This document shows positions 33,944 to 43,130 of a stretch of 64,000 bases of DNA, in pieces. The notes beneath the pieces are model-generated. The model did not search any database. It was not told the DNA's origin and saw nothing but the letters and a program-made list of their open reading frames with translations. The stretch lies in the IMG/VR virus record IMGVR_UViG_3300042516_003420; one strand, 5' to 3'. This DNA is from an uncultured virus (IMG/VR IMGVR_UViG_3300042516_003420) (lineage: Duplodnaviria; Heunggongvirae; Uroviricota; Caudoviricetes). The position numbers were made by a program, and so were the translations under genes. Numbering within the stretch: position 1 is the first letter of the stretch; each line of letters starts with the position of its first letter.

Positions 33944-35473
33944 GTGCCTTCTTACGTTCATCTTGCGTATCGGCGCAACGCCAAAGCAGCTGCTCAAAAA
34001 TTCAACGTTAAACCACATAAAAATTTAGAGCAGATCGAATTAGCTCGCGAAGACTTCGGCTACTTTTGCGAGTATATGGATGAGAAAAAGAAACCAGCAA
34101 AACACCATTTAGATTGGCATCGTCATTTTGTTACAAACGAGGACAGCAGCTGTTTAATTAAAATTGCTGGTCCCAACATTGACCTGTTAGCTCCCCGTGG
34201 ATCAGCAAAAAGCACGGTGCTTGGCTTGTTAACTGCTTGGGCTATTGGCATCCACGCACAAGCAAAACTGCCACTGCAAATTCTTTACCTCTCCTATACG
34301 GTTGATATTGCTCGTTCTAAATCGGCAACCATCAAACGAATCATTGAAAGTAAAAAATACCAAGAAGTTTTCCCTACTGTTCGCCTCTTAAAGAATGTAA
34401 CCAGTAATGAGTACTGGTCCATTGATCACAAATTTGCTGGCATTGATGTCACAGGTGACGAACAATTCACGTTGTGTGCTGCTGGTCTAAAAGGTTCAGT
34501 GACCTCCAAGCGTTCTCATCTGGTGATGATTGATGACGCCATTAAATCAGCGGCAGACATTTCCAACCCTGACATCAGGAAAATGATGCAGGACAACTGG
34601 AACGCGGTGATTGCTCCCACCATGTTTGAAGGCGCCCGTGCCATCTGCCTTGGAACACGGTTTAGACACGATGACATTCATTCCACAACTTTCAACGAAC
34701 AAAACAACTGGACTCAGATTGTTCTCTCGGCAATTCAAACAGATCCCAAAACAGGTGACGAACAATCCTATTGGCCAGAAATGTGGTCATTGGATTATTT
34801 AAAAGAAAAGAAAAGGCAGGCGCCAATTGCTTTTTCTTTCCAGTACATGAATCAAGTCGTCAGACAGAACGAGCTGTCCCTGGCGCCAGAATTAATTGTT
34901 AAAGCCGAAATTTCAACGGAATTTGACGCCCTTGGTATTGGGGTTGACCTGTCCGCTGGTGTTAAAGAAAAGAACGATTACACCGTCATGGTACTTGGCG
35001 GACGTATCGGAGATCGTATCCACATTATTGATTACCGTAGGTTGCGGGTAATGGGCAACCTAGAAAAGCTCGATGCAATGAAAGAGCTACTTAATGATTG
35101 GTCAGTTTTAGGCAGAGATGACAATGGGAACTACTTCCCAACATACTCCACTTGTGATATCTGGTCAGAAGCGGTCCAGTACCAGGCTTCACTGGAAGCT
35201 GACTTTAAACGGGTCTGCCTGAATAACGAAGGTCTCTATAACCTTATTTGGCACCCAGTCAAAGGATTCCGTGCTGATAAATTGGCACGTTTTAGGGGAA
35301 TCATTGGCATGTTCGAAGACCGAAAAATCATTTTCAATCGGTATCGAAATTTCACAAATCTCTTCGAGGAACTCACGAACTTCGGAGTCAGTAGCCATGA
35401 CGATTGTGTCGATGCTTTGGTTTGGCTTGTAACAGGTCTTGCCAGGAAAGGGCAACTTCAGCTTGATTTCTAA
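33944..35473 (+). CDS. terL: Terminase large subunit
   Basis: Walker A APRGSAKST, Walker B VMIDD, coupling GTR, nuclease GVDLS / NDYT / HDDCVDA. Confidence 0.95.
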   Translation: MPSYVHLAYRRNAKAAAQKFNVKPHKNLEQIELAREDFGYFCEYMDEKKKPAKHHLDWHRHFVTNEDSSCLIKIAGPNIDLLAPRGSAKSTVLGLLTAWAIGIHAQAKLPLQILYLSYTVDIARSKSATIKRIIESKKYQEVFPTVRLLKNVTSNEYWSIDHKFAGIDVTGDEQFTLCAAGLKGSVTSKRSHLVMIDDAIKSAADISNPDIRKMMQDNWNAVIAPTMFEGARAICLGTRFRHDDIHSTTFNEQNNWTQIVLSAIQTDPKTGDEQSYWPEMWSLDYLKEKKRQAPIAFSFQYMNQVVRQNELSLAPELIVKAEISTEFDALGIGVDLSAGVKEKNDYTVMVLGGRIGDRIHIIDYRRLRVMGNLEKLDAMKELLNDWSVLGRDDNGNYFPTYSTCDIWSEAVQYQASLEADFKRVCLNNEGLYNLIWHPVKGFRADKLARFRGIIGMFEDRKIIFNRYRNFTNLFEELTNFGVSSHDDCVDALVWLVTGLARKGQLQLDF

Positions 35474-35503
35474 AATTAGAATTAGAAAAAAGCATTTTTT
35501 AAA

Positions 35504-35797
35504 GTGGGTCCTGAATACGTTGCGTTGGCTTTAACGGCCATTGCGTCTGCACTCAGCGGTGGCACCTGGGTTGCCAATAAAATCTTAAGCCGACAAAGCC
35601 AAGATATTCAACAGGCCTTTAGTTACACCAACGCACAAAAGCGCAGGATTGACATCTTGGAAGATCAAATTAATCGCATGCCTTTGGACTATGTCTTAAA
35701 GGTTGACTTCTTAAGAGAAATTCAAGAAATGCATGATAACTTTCGCGAAATCAATAATAAGCTTGATAAACTAATGGAAAAGATTTTGTCCAAATGA
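35504..35797 (+). CDS. Membrane-anchored coiled-coil protein
   Basis: N-terminal TM; MPLDYVLKVDF...INNKLDKL. Confidence 0.6.
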   Translation: MGPEYVALALTAIASALSGGTWVANKILSRQSQDIQQAFSYTNAQKRRIDILEDQINRMPLDYVLKVDFLREIQEMHDNFREINNKLDKLMEKILSK

Positions 35798-35979
35798 GTT
35801 ACATCCTTGAAGTCGAAGAAGACGACAACGGTGATCTGTTCCTCACTTTCCCCGAAGACCTACTCGAAGAGATGGGATGGCGAGAAGGAGATATTTTGAA
35901 TTGGGATGTCCAGGGGGACGGGATTGTCCTGACTAAAGTAAATGACCCATTTGGGTACGAAGTAGAAGAATGCGAGTAA
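35794..35979 (+). CDS. AbrB/MazE/SpoVT-like DNA-binding protein
   Basis: GDLFLTFPEDLLEEMGWREGDILNW. Confidence 0.7.
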   Translation: MSYILEVEEDDNGDLFLTFPEDLLEEMGWREGDILNWDVQGDGIVLTKVNDPFGYEVEECE

Positions 35980-36005
35980 AATAAAAAAATTGAGATAGCA
36001 GAAGT

Positions 36006-36338
36006 ATGTTTAGAGTTTATGGCGGTCAACCAGTAGGGATGGGTAATGCCGGTGCAGTGATGGCTGGCAATCCCTTTGGCGCAGGTTTCGTCATTCCTGG
36101 CAAACGTCCAGTTGGGCAACCTGTTTTACCTGGTGAAAACAGAGAAGCCGTCGAGGGTGTTTACGGAACACCAATCCCCAAGCAGATGCCAGGCTCCGCG
36201 CCCCTGGGGTTACCAATGGCTATGGGTAGCAGTAATTTGCCTAATGCTATTGGCAACATGGCTGGCTTGGCCAACGCGCAGTTTTATATGGGGCCACAAC
36301 TTGGACAAGCAGGTCTTCAATTTAGAGGTGTAATGTGA
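36006..36338 (+). CDS. Gly/Pro-rich hypothetical protein
   Basis: 110 aa ORF. Confidence 0.6.
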   Translation: MFRVYGGQPVGMGNAGAVMAGNPFGAGFVIPGKRPVGQPVLPGENREAVEGVYGTPIPKQMPGSAPLGLPMAMGSSNLPNAIGNMAGLANAQFYMGPQLGQAGLQFRGVM

Positions 36339-36475
36339 AAACAAAGAAGCTGGTCAAGCAGGCTCTTAAGCACCCGGAGTTATACACTCCCGCTGAATTA
36401 AGCTTCTTTGGTCTTTGGCTTCGCAAGAAAAAAGAACATAAGAAAACTGCTAAGATCAAAAAAGAAAAAGGGTAG
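36335..36475 (+). CDS. Small basic protein (46 aa, not in ORF track)
   Basis: GTGA overlap; MKTKKLVKQALKHPELYTPAELSFF... Confidence 0.55.
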   Translation: MKTKKLVKQALKHPELYTPAELSFFGLWLRKKKEHKKTAKIKKEKG

Positions 36476-36482
36476 ACGGTGA

Positions 36483-38858
36483 ATGGCAACCAGCTCTAAT
36501 GCACGACTCCAGGAAATCATCAACGCGTACATCGAAAAAGATGGCAACGCGGTTGTTGATACCAGCGTGGTTGCCTCTCACCTGGCGCAAATGAAATTAT
36601 TTGGCATCCGTCAGGGTGTTGAGTTTTTTCCAGGGCAAGACAACTTTGGCAATCAGCGCAAAGATTTTATTGACCGCGTAATTAAGTACAACCAACTTGA
36701 TACGCGCCTGGATTCTATCTGGGATTATTTTCTGTGTGATGGTAAAGGGTTGTTTTACATCCGTCCCACCAAACAGAATTACAGACTTTATTACTTCCGG
36801 GAGCATGAGTACCGCACGTTTTACAACGTAGACGGCGAGCTTGAAGAAGTAATCATCATCTATAGCTACAAGGTGCGGCGGGGCTTTGGTTTTGGTGACA
36901 ACATCAACGTCACCAACGTCACTGGTCAAGCAATCAGTGGCGACCAAGGTGCAAAACGATACATCAAGCTCTCGATCAAAGCAAAAGAAATTGAAGAAAC
37001 GCACTCAGAAGGCGAGATGTCTTTTGAGATGCCTTCGTTTGCCACGCCTGGCAAAACTAAAAAATTCAAAAACTCCCTGGGGTTTATTCCTTGCGTTGAG
37101 ATCTTTAACAACCCCAAGGGGTTCTCAATGGAAGGTGTTGGTGAGTTCGACGCCTTAGCGAATCACATCACAACGCATGATGAGTTGGTTCGCACCATGC
37201 GGAAGAACGTGCAGTTCTTTGGTAACCCAACACTTCTTTCTTCTCGTCCCAAGACAGACTTGATGGAGGCGGGTAGTGACGGTGCCGTCCAGCGTCCTTC
37301 TATTGCCGCAAACTCTGGCTTTGGCAGCTTAAGTGCGTACAGCCGCTCAACCTTTAAGCAAGATCCAATCTCCCGTGGTGTCGACGGCCAGATCCGAGTT
37401 CCACGAGTTATTGCAAACCTGGAGCCAAACGACCGTGTTGGCTATATTGTTCCTGATGCAATCACTGGTGACCAAAACGCTTTTGCTCGTCAGTATCGAG
37501 AAGAAATTCGAACTGCCCTGGGTGGTGTTGATGAACTTTCTATTTCTGCAGGCGTAACGGCAACTGAATACAAATCTCTGTTTGGACGCGTTGCAGCTAC
37601 TTCAAAGAAAAAGGCAAACGCCATTTACACACACGGCCTTTGCCGCTGCCTCGAACTGATTATTTTCCAGGAAGAACGTTTGTTCCGAGAGAGTCTTGCT
37701 GCAGCAGCAGGAATTGAAAAACCCCTGGAACCGTCCGAGGAAGCTTCCCAAGAAGAATTAGATATGTACGAAGAAGCCCTTGATGGCTTCAATGAACAGA
37801 TTAAGCAGTTGATGATGGCTTCTGTTCAAACTCAACAAATTCCACCTGGTGTTATTGGTTTGATTCCAGATGGTGATGTCACAATGCTTTGGCGTTGGCT
37901 TGGTCCTGTTTACGAGGATTCCACCCAGGACATCTTGAACAACTCCATTGTTGTTCGAAATTTGCAAGAATTAGGTGTTGATAGCATTGAAGCACTGAAA
38001 TACCTCTTCCCGTCTAAGACGGATGAGGAACGGGCCGAGATGTTATCTGGGTTCCCGTTCAGGATGGTGAACGAACTACAGGGTGCATACTCTCAGTTCG
38101 CTCGCTTAGTGGGGGGCATGATGCAGACCCCTCACCCGCAATCACCGGATCTTCCGATGGCTGCTGATCCCAGATTGGATTTAACTCCATATCTGTATCG
38201 AACCTTAGAAGCCTTACAAAAGGAGATGAGTTATGCAGGACGCTACCGTCCAATCGATCCCACAGACGAGCCAACCGTCGCCAGTAGCGGTAGCTCCAAG
38301 CAGCTACGTGGCTCCGGCACCCCAAGTGCAGCAGGCACCGGTGGCTTATCAGGTGGGTACCAGCTACCCGCAGGCAGTACCACAGGCGAGCCCCAATTAC
38401 CAATTCGCCCCGTCTCAATACGCCCCCCAGTCCCCATCGGTCCAGACGGCGGAATCGACCTCGAATCCGTGGGAATCGGCGTTCAACAAGGTGGTGAACC
38501 TGCTGAGCGCACCAGTTCAATCCCCGTTCCAGGCTCCACAGTCGGCTCCGACGAGCTATACCCCGGCCAATTACGGGTCGACCAGCCTCCAAGGTATGCC
38601 ACAATCGGCAGCGCCGACCTCGTATCCCAGCCAGGCATACTCGCCCAGCTCTTCCCAAACCTACTTGACGGGCTCCTCAGCCGCGCAAGCGCACGCGGAA
38701 GTGAACGAGGCGGTGGCGGATTATTACAATCTGAGCCAGGAAAGTCGCCAAATTCTGAACGCGTTCGGGATCGAAGCTCCGGCAATTCTGAACAACTACG
38801 CCCTCCAGCTGGAAGGGATGCTGGACAGCGCCGTCGCGTGGGGAAACCGCGCCGCTGA
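36483..38858 (+). CDS. Portal protein (putative) with C-terminal extension overlapping the scaffold gene
   Basis: Size and position between terL and capsid; NSLGFIPCVEIFN portal-like motif. Confidence 0.75.
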   Translation: MATSSNARLQEIINAYIEKDGNAVVDTSVVASHLAQMKLFGIRQGVEFFPGQDNFGNQRKDFIDRVIKYNQLDTRLDSIWDYFLCDGKGLFYIRPTKQNYRLYYFREHEYRTFYNVDGELEEVIIIYSYKVRRGFGFGDNINVTNVTGQAISGDQGAKRYIKLSIKAKEIEETHSEGEMSFEMPSFATPGKTKKFKNSLGFIPCVEIFNNPKGFSMEGVGEFDALANHITTHDELVRTMRKNVQFFGNPTLLSSRPKTDLMEAGSDGAVQRPSIAANSGFGSLSAYSRSTFKQDPISRGVDGQIRVPRVIANLEPNDRVGYIVPDAITGDQNAFARQYREEIRTALGGVDELSISAGVTATEYKSLFGRVAATSKKKANAIYTHGLCRCLELIIFQEERLFRESLAAAAGIEKPLEPSEEASQEELDMYEEALDGFNEQIKQLMMASVQTQQIPPGVIGLIPDGDVTMLWRWLGPVYEDSTQDILNNSIVVRNLQELGVDSIEALKYLFPSKTDEERAEMLSGFPFRMVNELQGAYSQFARLVGGMMQTPHPQSPDLPMAADPRLDLTPYLYRTLEALQKEMSYAGRYRPIDPTDEPTVASSGSSKQLRGSGTPSAAGTGGLSGGYQLPAGSTTGEPQLPIRPVSIRPPVPIGPDGGIDLESVGIGVQQGGEPAERTSSIPVPGSTVGSDELYPGQLRVDQPPRYATIGSADLVSQPGILAQLFPNLLDGLLSRASARGSERGGGGLLQSEPGKSPNSERVRDRSSGNSEQLRPPAGRDAGQRRRVGKPRR

Positions 38859-39222
38859 TACCATCCAGGGTTACGCCAACTTCGCTGTGGGCGAGCACCA
38901 AGAGAATCTCGCTTATAACGAAATTCTGACCAACCCTGACGTACTGAGTGATTACACACTCAAGTTCTTTGGTCCCGAAGGGCCTTATCCCGTTTACGAA
39001 AGTGAGGCCCAATTGGAAACTCCTGGTTACCCGACTCAGCAAATTCAACAACCTGAATTTGGTCAGTTCCCTGCTCCCCCTGCTGCCGCTGCTCCCCAGC
39101 AACCCGGCAACTTCTGGGGTGACTTTAACGAGGCCATGGCCCGTAACCCACAAGAAGCATGGCGCGTTCTGAATCACGCTCAGCCCCAAGTGGTTGCGAA
39201 TAAATTATTCGTAATGGAATGA
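38233..39222 (+). CDS. Capsid scaffolding protein (putative)
   Basis: Pro/Gln/Ala/Ser-rich, AAGGAG SD, directly upstream of the capsid gene. Confidence 0.65.
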   Translation: MQDATVQSIPQTSQPSPVAVAPSSYVAPAPQVQQAPVAYQVGTSYPQAVPQASPNYQFAPSQYAPQSPSVQTAESTSNPWESAFNKVVNLLSAPVQSPFQAPQSAPTSYTPANYGSTSLQGMPQSAAPTSYPSQAYSPSSSQTYLTGSSAAQAHAEVNEAVADYYNLSQESRQILNAFGIEAPAILNNYALQLEGMLDSAVAWGNRAADTIQGYANFAVGEHQENLAYNEILTNPDVLSDYTLKFFGPEGPYPVYESEAQLETPGYPTQQIQQPEFGQFPAPPAAAAPQQPGNFWGDFNEAMARNPQEAWRVLNHAQPQVVANKLFVME

Positions 39223-39228
39223 TTAAAG

Positions 39229-39255
39229 GTCGGTAATTAAATAAAAATTACCGAC
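39229..39255. repeat. Perfect 10-bp inverted repeat upstream of the capsid promoter
   Basis: GTCGGTAATT-AAATAAA-AATTACCGAC. Confidence 0.8.
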
Positions 39256-39344
39256 TGCTAAAATTTGTGTTAGATAAGACATATAAATGTCTGAATCTTT
39301 CACCCGATAAACAACCTTCCTGAGACTCTGGAGGATAACACAAA

Positions 39345-40511
39345 GTGTTCATTGATAACGATTTTCCAAAAATCCTTGGTGCGGAACTTTATCGTCCCCA
39401 CCCTGCTTACATTGCCGAAATGGCAGTGGAGCCCGTGGTTGTCCACGACTTCACTCGTCAACCCGGTCAAACCGTTCAGTTAGACCGCTACAAGTTCTGG
39501 GGTACCCCTGGTACCAAGGATAGCCGGGAGCGTATCGCTGACCAGACTATCGGTACTGCCAACAGCCGCAACATCACCAAGGAGAAAGTCCTGGTGGTGC
39601 TTAAGGAATACACCGGCCCTGCGGATCCGGGCGACCCGACCCAGCCTTCGACCTTCAAGATTGCTCGTGAGACCCTGATCACAGCCCAGCGCCTTCTGCT
39701 GGACACGGGCAACCTGAACATGTTCCACCAGTCCATCGGTAGCCTGACGCTGCTTGATGACTATCGCCGTTGGCGCGACCGCGTGTTCATTGATGAACTC
39801 GCCAAAGCCGAAGCCAATGGTGCTGCATCTACCACCCAAGGCGGTTACTACTTCCCTGGTGGTAAGACCAAGAACGCTTCCGGTCAGATCACCTACACCG
39901 GCACTGAGTACACCGCTGACGTTCAGCAGTTCTCCGTGCGTACTGACCTCCTGAACGTTGTTAAGGATCTGCGTAAGCGCAACGTGCCGACCTTCTCTGA
40001 TGGTCTGTATCGCTGCATCTGCGATCCTACTTTCATGATGCACCTGCGTCGTGATCCTGACTTCCGTGAGATCGCTCGTTACGCTGGTAACCCTGGCCAA
40101 GGCATGTACATGGGCAACCCCATGATGCCTAACAACGCCAGCTTCTACATGGGTCCCCAGGCTGGTCAAGGTTACTTCCTGGCTGGTGAACCTGTGATGC
40201 CTACTGGCGTGCAGTTTGAAGGCGTCAAGTTCTTCGAGTCGACCAACTTCCCGACCAAGAACATCACCGCTTCCTTTGCTGGTACCGGCGGTTCTTACAC
40301 TTCTCAAGAAGTTGCTCAGGGTTACTTCTTCGGTCCTCAAGCCATTGGCGTGGGTATCGGCGGCCCGAACGCTCAGGTGCTGATCAACAACAACGACGAC
40401 TTCAGCCGCTTTATCATTCTGATCTGGCAGCTGTACGCTGGCTTCGAGATCCTCAACAAGGACTTCGTGACCACCGCCTTCAGCTTCGTGTCTGATGACG
40501 GCGACGTTTGA
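39345..40511 (+). CDS. Major capsid protein (HK97 fold, putative)
   Basis: 388 aa, GGAGG SD, strongly C/T-ending codons; PGQTVQL..Y, G..FEGVKFFESTN, DDFSR..I.IW. Confidence 0.85.
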   Translation: MFIDNDFPKILGAELYRPHPAYIAEMAVEPVVVHDFTRQPGQTVQLDRYKFWGTPGTKDSRERIADQTIGTANSRNITKEKVLVVLKEYTGPADPGDPTQPSTFKIARETLITAQRLLLDTGNLNMFHQSIGSLTLLDDYRRWRDRVFIDELAKAEANGAASTTQGGYYFPGGKTKNASGQITYTGTEYTADVQQFSVRTDLLNVVKDLRKRNVPTFSDGLYRCICDPTFMMHLRRDPDFREIARYAGNPGQGMYMGNPMMPNNASFYMGPQAGQGYFLAGEPVMPTGVQFEGVKFFESTNFPTKNITASFAGTGGSYTSQEVAQGYFFGPQAIGVGIGGPNAQVLINNNDDFSRFIILIWQLYAGFEILNKDFVTTAFSFVSDDGDV

Positions 40512-40544
40512 TTTACATAAACTGTAAAAACAAAGGACAAATAA

Positions 40545-41342
40545 ATGACCTATCTTTCGTCTAAAAAAATCTACCCAGGTAACTGGGCAGAACCTCTGAA
40601 CGGTTGGTACAAGAATATTGATACCAACGATGACGGTAGCAATAACGCTTCCAAGGGTGGCCCTACTTCGGTGCTGGCCACCCCTGGTTACCGTTATTTC
40701 CAGCAGCGTGGTTACGTTGCTGTGACCCAGACCTCTGGTGCTCCCCTGGTGACCGGCAACGTGATCGTGCCGTCTCCTTATCGCCAGGATGACACTCGTC
40801 CTGACATCACCGGCATGGTGATCTCTGGCAGCACCAGCCTGCCTGTGTATGTGTATCGCACCGCTATCTCCGTGGCTTCTGGCTGGGGCGATGGTCGTGT
40901 GGCCTCTGGTGTGTATGCCGCCACCGGTAACGTGATCTCCTTCGGTCGCGACTCCAGTGGTCCTACCGCCGCTTCTGGCGTGGGCGAAGGTCCTATTCAG
41001 GCCAACCTGACCTCCTCTGTGTCTGGTGACGCAGCCACTAAGATCTTCTTTGCTGGTGGTACTGCTGGCTATGGTACTAATCCCTTCATCACCGCTACCG
41101 GTGCTGCTGGCGTTTCGGGTGGCACCCTGTACTACTCGTCCACCACTGGCGTCAACCTGAAGGTGTTTGCCAAGGGCGCTGCAAACGACACCAGCACTTC
41201 TGGTGGTATCTACATCTCCGATGCCGATTCCGCTGCTGGCCGTGCAGGCTACCTGGTGGTTGAAGTGTGCTACATCCAGCCGGATGAAGCTCCTGGCTAC
41301 GAAGACATTGATGGCTACTTAACTGGCCGCACTGTCAGCTGA
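40545..41342 (+). CDS. Virion structural protein (capsid decoration candidate)
   Basis: Gly/Thr/Ser-rich, same codon bias as the capsid gene, AGGA SD. Confidence 0.65.
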   Translation: MTYLSSKKIYPGNWAEPLNGWYKNIDTNDDGSNNASKGGPTSVLATPGYRYFQQRGYVAVTQTSGAPLVTGNVIVPSPYRQDDTRPDITGMVISGSTSLPVYVYRTAISVASGWGDGRVASGVYAATGNVISFGRDSSGPTAASGVGEGPIQANLTSSVSGDAATKIFFAGGTAGYGTNPFITATGAAGVSGGTLYYSSTTGVNLKVFAKGAANDTSTSGGIYISDADSAAGRAGYLVVEVCYIQPDEAPGYEDIDGYLTGRTVS

Positions 41343-41377
41343 GTGAGTTAAACTAGGACCAGAGATACTTTGGTCCT

Positions 41378-41806
41378 ATGACAACAACTGCCGCCATTCT
41401 TTACCAGCACAAAAAAACAGGTGCAAGGGTAAAAGTAGTTAGTGAATGGGATAACGGCGACTGGTTCATGGTCGAAGATCAGGACGGTCGCCTTTATACC
41501 GCTTACAAAACTGAACTCATCCCTGATGAAGCGGCAACGAAGAAAGTAAAAACTCTTCAGATTAAAGACAAAGCTGCACAGGAAGAGCCTCGCTCTTTCC
41601 CTCCTGAAACGCGGTTGAACATCAATACGGCCACCGCTCAAATGATCGCTGATCATATTAAGGGTATTGGCCTTAAAACTGCCCGAGAAATCAAAGACCT
41701 TCAAATGTCCTTATCGGGTGAACGGTTCAACAACTTAGAGCAACTCAGGCAGATCAAACGTGTGGACTGGGATGCGGTTTTAGCAGCTGATCTGATTCGC
41801 GTATAA
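41378..41806 (+). CDS. Helix-hairpin-helix (ComEA-like) DNA-binding protein
   Basis: RLNINTAT...IKGIGLKTAREI...F..LEQL..I. Confidence 0.8.
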   Translation: MTTTAAILYQHKKTGARVKVVSEWDNGDWFMVEDQDGRLYTAYKTELIPDEAATKKVKTLQIKDKAAQEEPRSFPPETRLNINTATAQMIADHIKGIGLKTAREIKDLQMSLSGERFNNLEQLRQIKRVDWDAVLAADLIRV

Positions 41807-41826
41807 CCTCCTTTTCTAAGGCATTT

Positions 41827-41852
41827 AACCCCTGGGATTCCAGGGGTTTTTT
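41827..41852 (+). terminator. Rho-independent terminator
   Basis: AACCCCTGG-GATT-CCAGGGGTT-TTTT. Confidence 0.9.
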
Positions 41853-41878
41853 AGTTTTAGAATAAAAAGAAAAAGAAT

Positions 41879-42625
41879 ATGGCCGGTCCAGCTTTATTTA
41901 AAGGAAAAGTAGGATCCACAGGTGTTTCTACTGGCCCTCATGCGCACTTTACTCTCACTAAAGACGGGAAAGAAATCCCTCTTTCAATTGCACGTAAAGA
42001 TATTGGCCAATATTTGCAGTTTCGGCTGCCAGGAAAAGAAGAATGGCAGTCTATTTACAGCCCCGAGAAACAAGGCTTTGCTTTGAATCCTGGAACGCAG
42101 ATTACCAGCCCCATGGGGAAAAGAACCGCACCAACAGCGGGAGCATCCACATATCACCGTGGTGAGGATTATGCATTTCCTGAAGGAACTTCTTTGCGTT
42201 TTTTAGGTCAAGGTTCAGTATCAACACATTCAGGACAGGGTGCTGCGGGCAATGTATCTGTGTTGCGCACTGGTCCCTATGAACTTCAAACTTTTCATTT
42301 AAGCGAGCTTCCTCAAGCGGCTACAACACGCAAGAATGATGCACCGTTAAACACTGATTTCAATACATCTGCTTTATTGGCCCAGGCGTTTGTTCAAAAT
42401 GAGGTTGCCAATAAAACACAACAAGGCCAGCTGATTGAAGCTCTGATTAGCGTTTTGGGTGAGAAAGAAAAACCCAAAACAATGATGGAACAATTAAAGG
42501 AGGGCCTGGTTGGTGGAATGATGCAGCAAGCTTTAAGTCCTAAAAACTTTCTTGGTCAGTTCATGGATAGCGAGCCCTATCTCCAGGGTCAAAAGTTTGC
42601 CACCAACCAATTCTTTGGACTCTGA
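41879..42625 (+). CDS. M23 metallopeptidase, circularly permuted
   Basis: GSTGVSTGPHAHF at the N-terminus; ITSPMGKR...HRGEDY and FHL later. Confidence 0.8.
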   Translation: MAGPALFKGKVGSTGVSTGPHAHFTLTKDGKEIPLSIARKDIGQYLQFRLPGKEEWQSIYSPEKQGFALNPGTQITSPMGKRTAPTAGASTYHRGEDYAFPEGTSLRFLGQGSVSTHSGQGAAGNVSVLRTGPYELQTFHLSELPQAATTRKNDAPLNTDFNTSALLAQAFVQNEVANKTQQGQLIEALISVLGEKEKPKTMMEQLKEGLVGGMMQQALSPKNFLGQFMDSEPYLQGQKFATNQFFGL

Positions 42626-42668
42626 TTGATTTCTTGCAACTATAATTAATTGATATTGGAAGGTAGAA

Positions 42669-43130
42669 GTGCAGCTATCTGACTTCGATAAAAGTAGAGT
42701 CAGGTATCACCTGGGCTATTTCACGGTTTCCGTTCCGGCTGGCGATTACGCTCGCCTGGAAGAGGCCATGAATACCGTGCCTGATTCCTATTTTTACGAC
42801 AAGATTATTATTCAGATCGGCCGTTGTGATACGGCTGAAAAGAAAACAGAGGTTGCCACTTCTCCTTCCACCCGATTGGAGAGCATCCTTGGCGACGTTG
42901 ATCGTACCATTCGGTCGAGCAATGCCCAGGAAGCTCTTAAAGTTTGGAACGAAGTTTACCTTTACGAAACCAATCGTTTAGCCAATATTCTTTACGTTCC
43001 CAACTACAAGGATCCATTCCAAGCTCGCTATCGATATGAGCGTTCAGGCGCGGAATTTATTCAGGCTTTACCTGGCCCAGCTGACACTGCAGTGGGTTCT
43101 CGTATTTATCTTCATGAGGTTTGGCGGTAA
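42669..43130 (+). CDS. Virion protein (head-tail adaptor candidate)
   Basis: DKSRVRYHLGY N-terminus; position. Confidence 0.55.
   Translation: MQLSDFDKSRVRYHLGYFTVSVPAGDYARLEEAMNTVPDSYFYDKIIIQIGRCDTAEKKTEVATSPSTRLESILGDVDRTIRSSNAQEALKVWNEVYLYETNRLANILYVPNYKDPFQARYRYERSGAEFIQALPGPADTAVGSRIYLHEVWR

Noticed and set aside
39480..40340. 286-aa antisense ORF within the capsid gene
   Set aside because: Explained by strong codon bias on the sense strand; no recognisable motifs.
41378..41806. Photosystem II PsbU
   Set aside because: Shares only the HhH fold; no signal peptide, and the GIG motif fits ComEA-like DNA binding.
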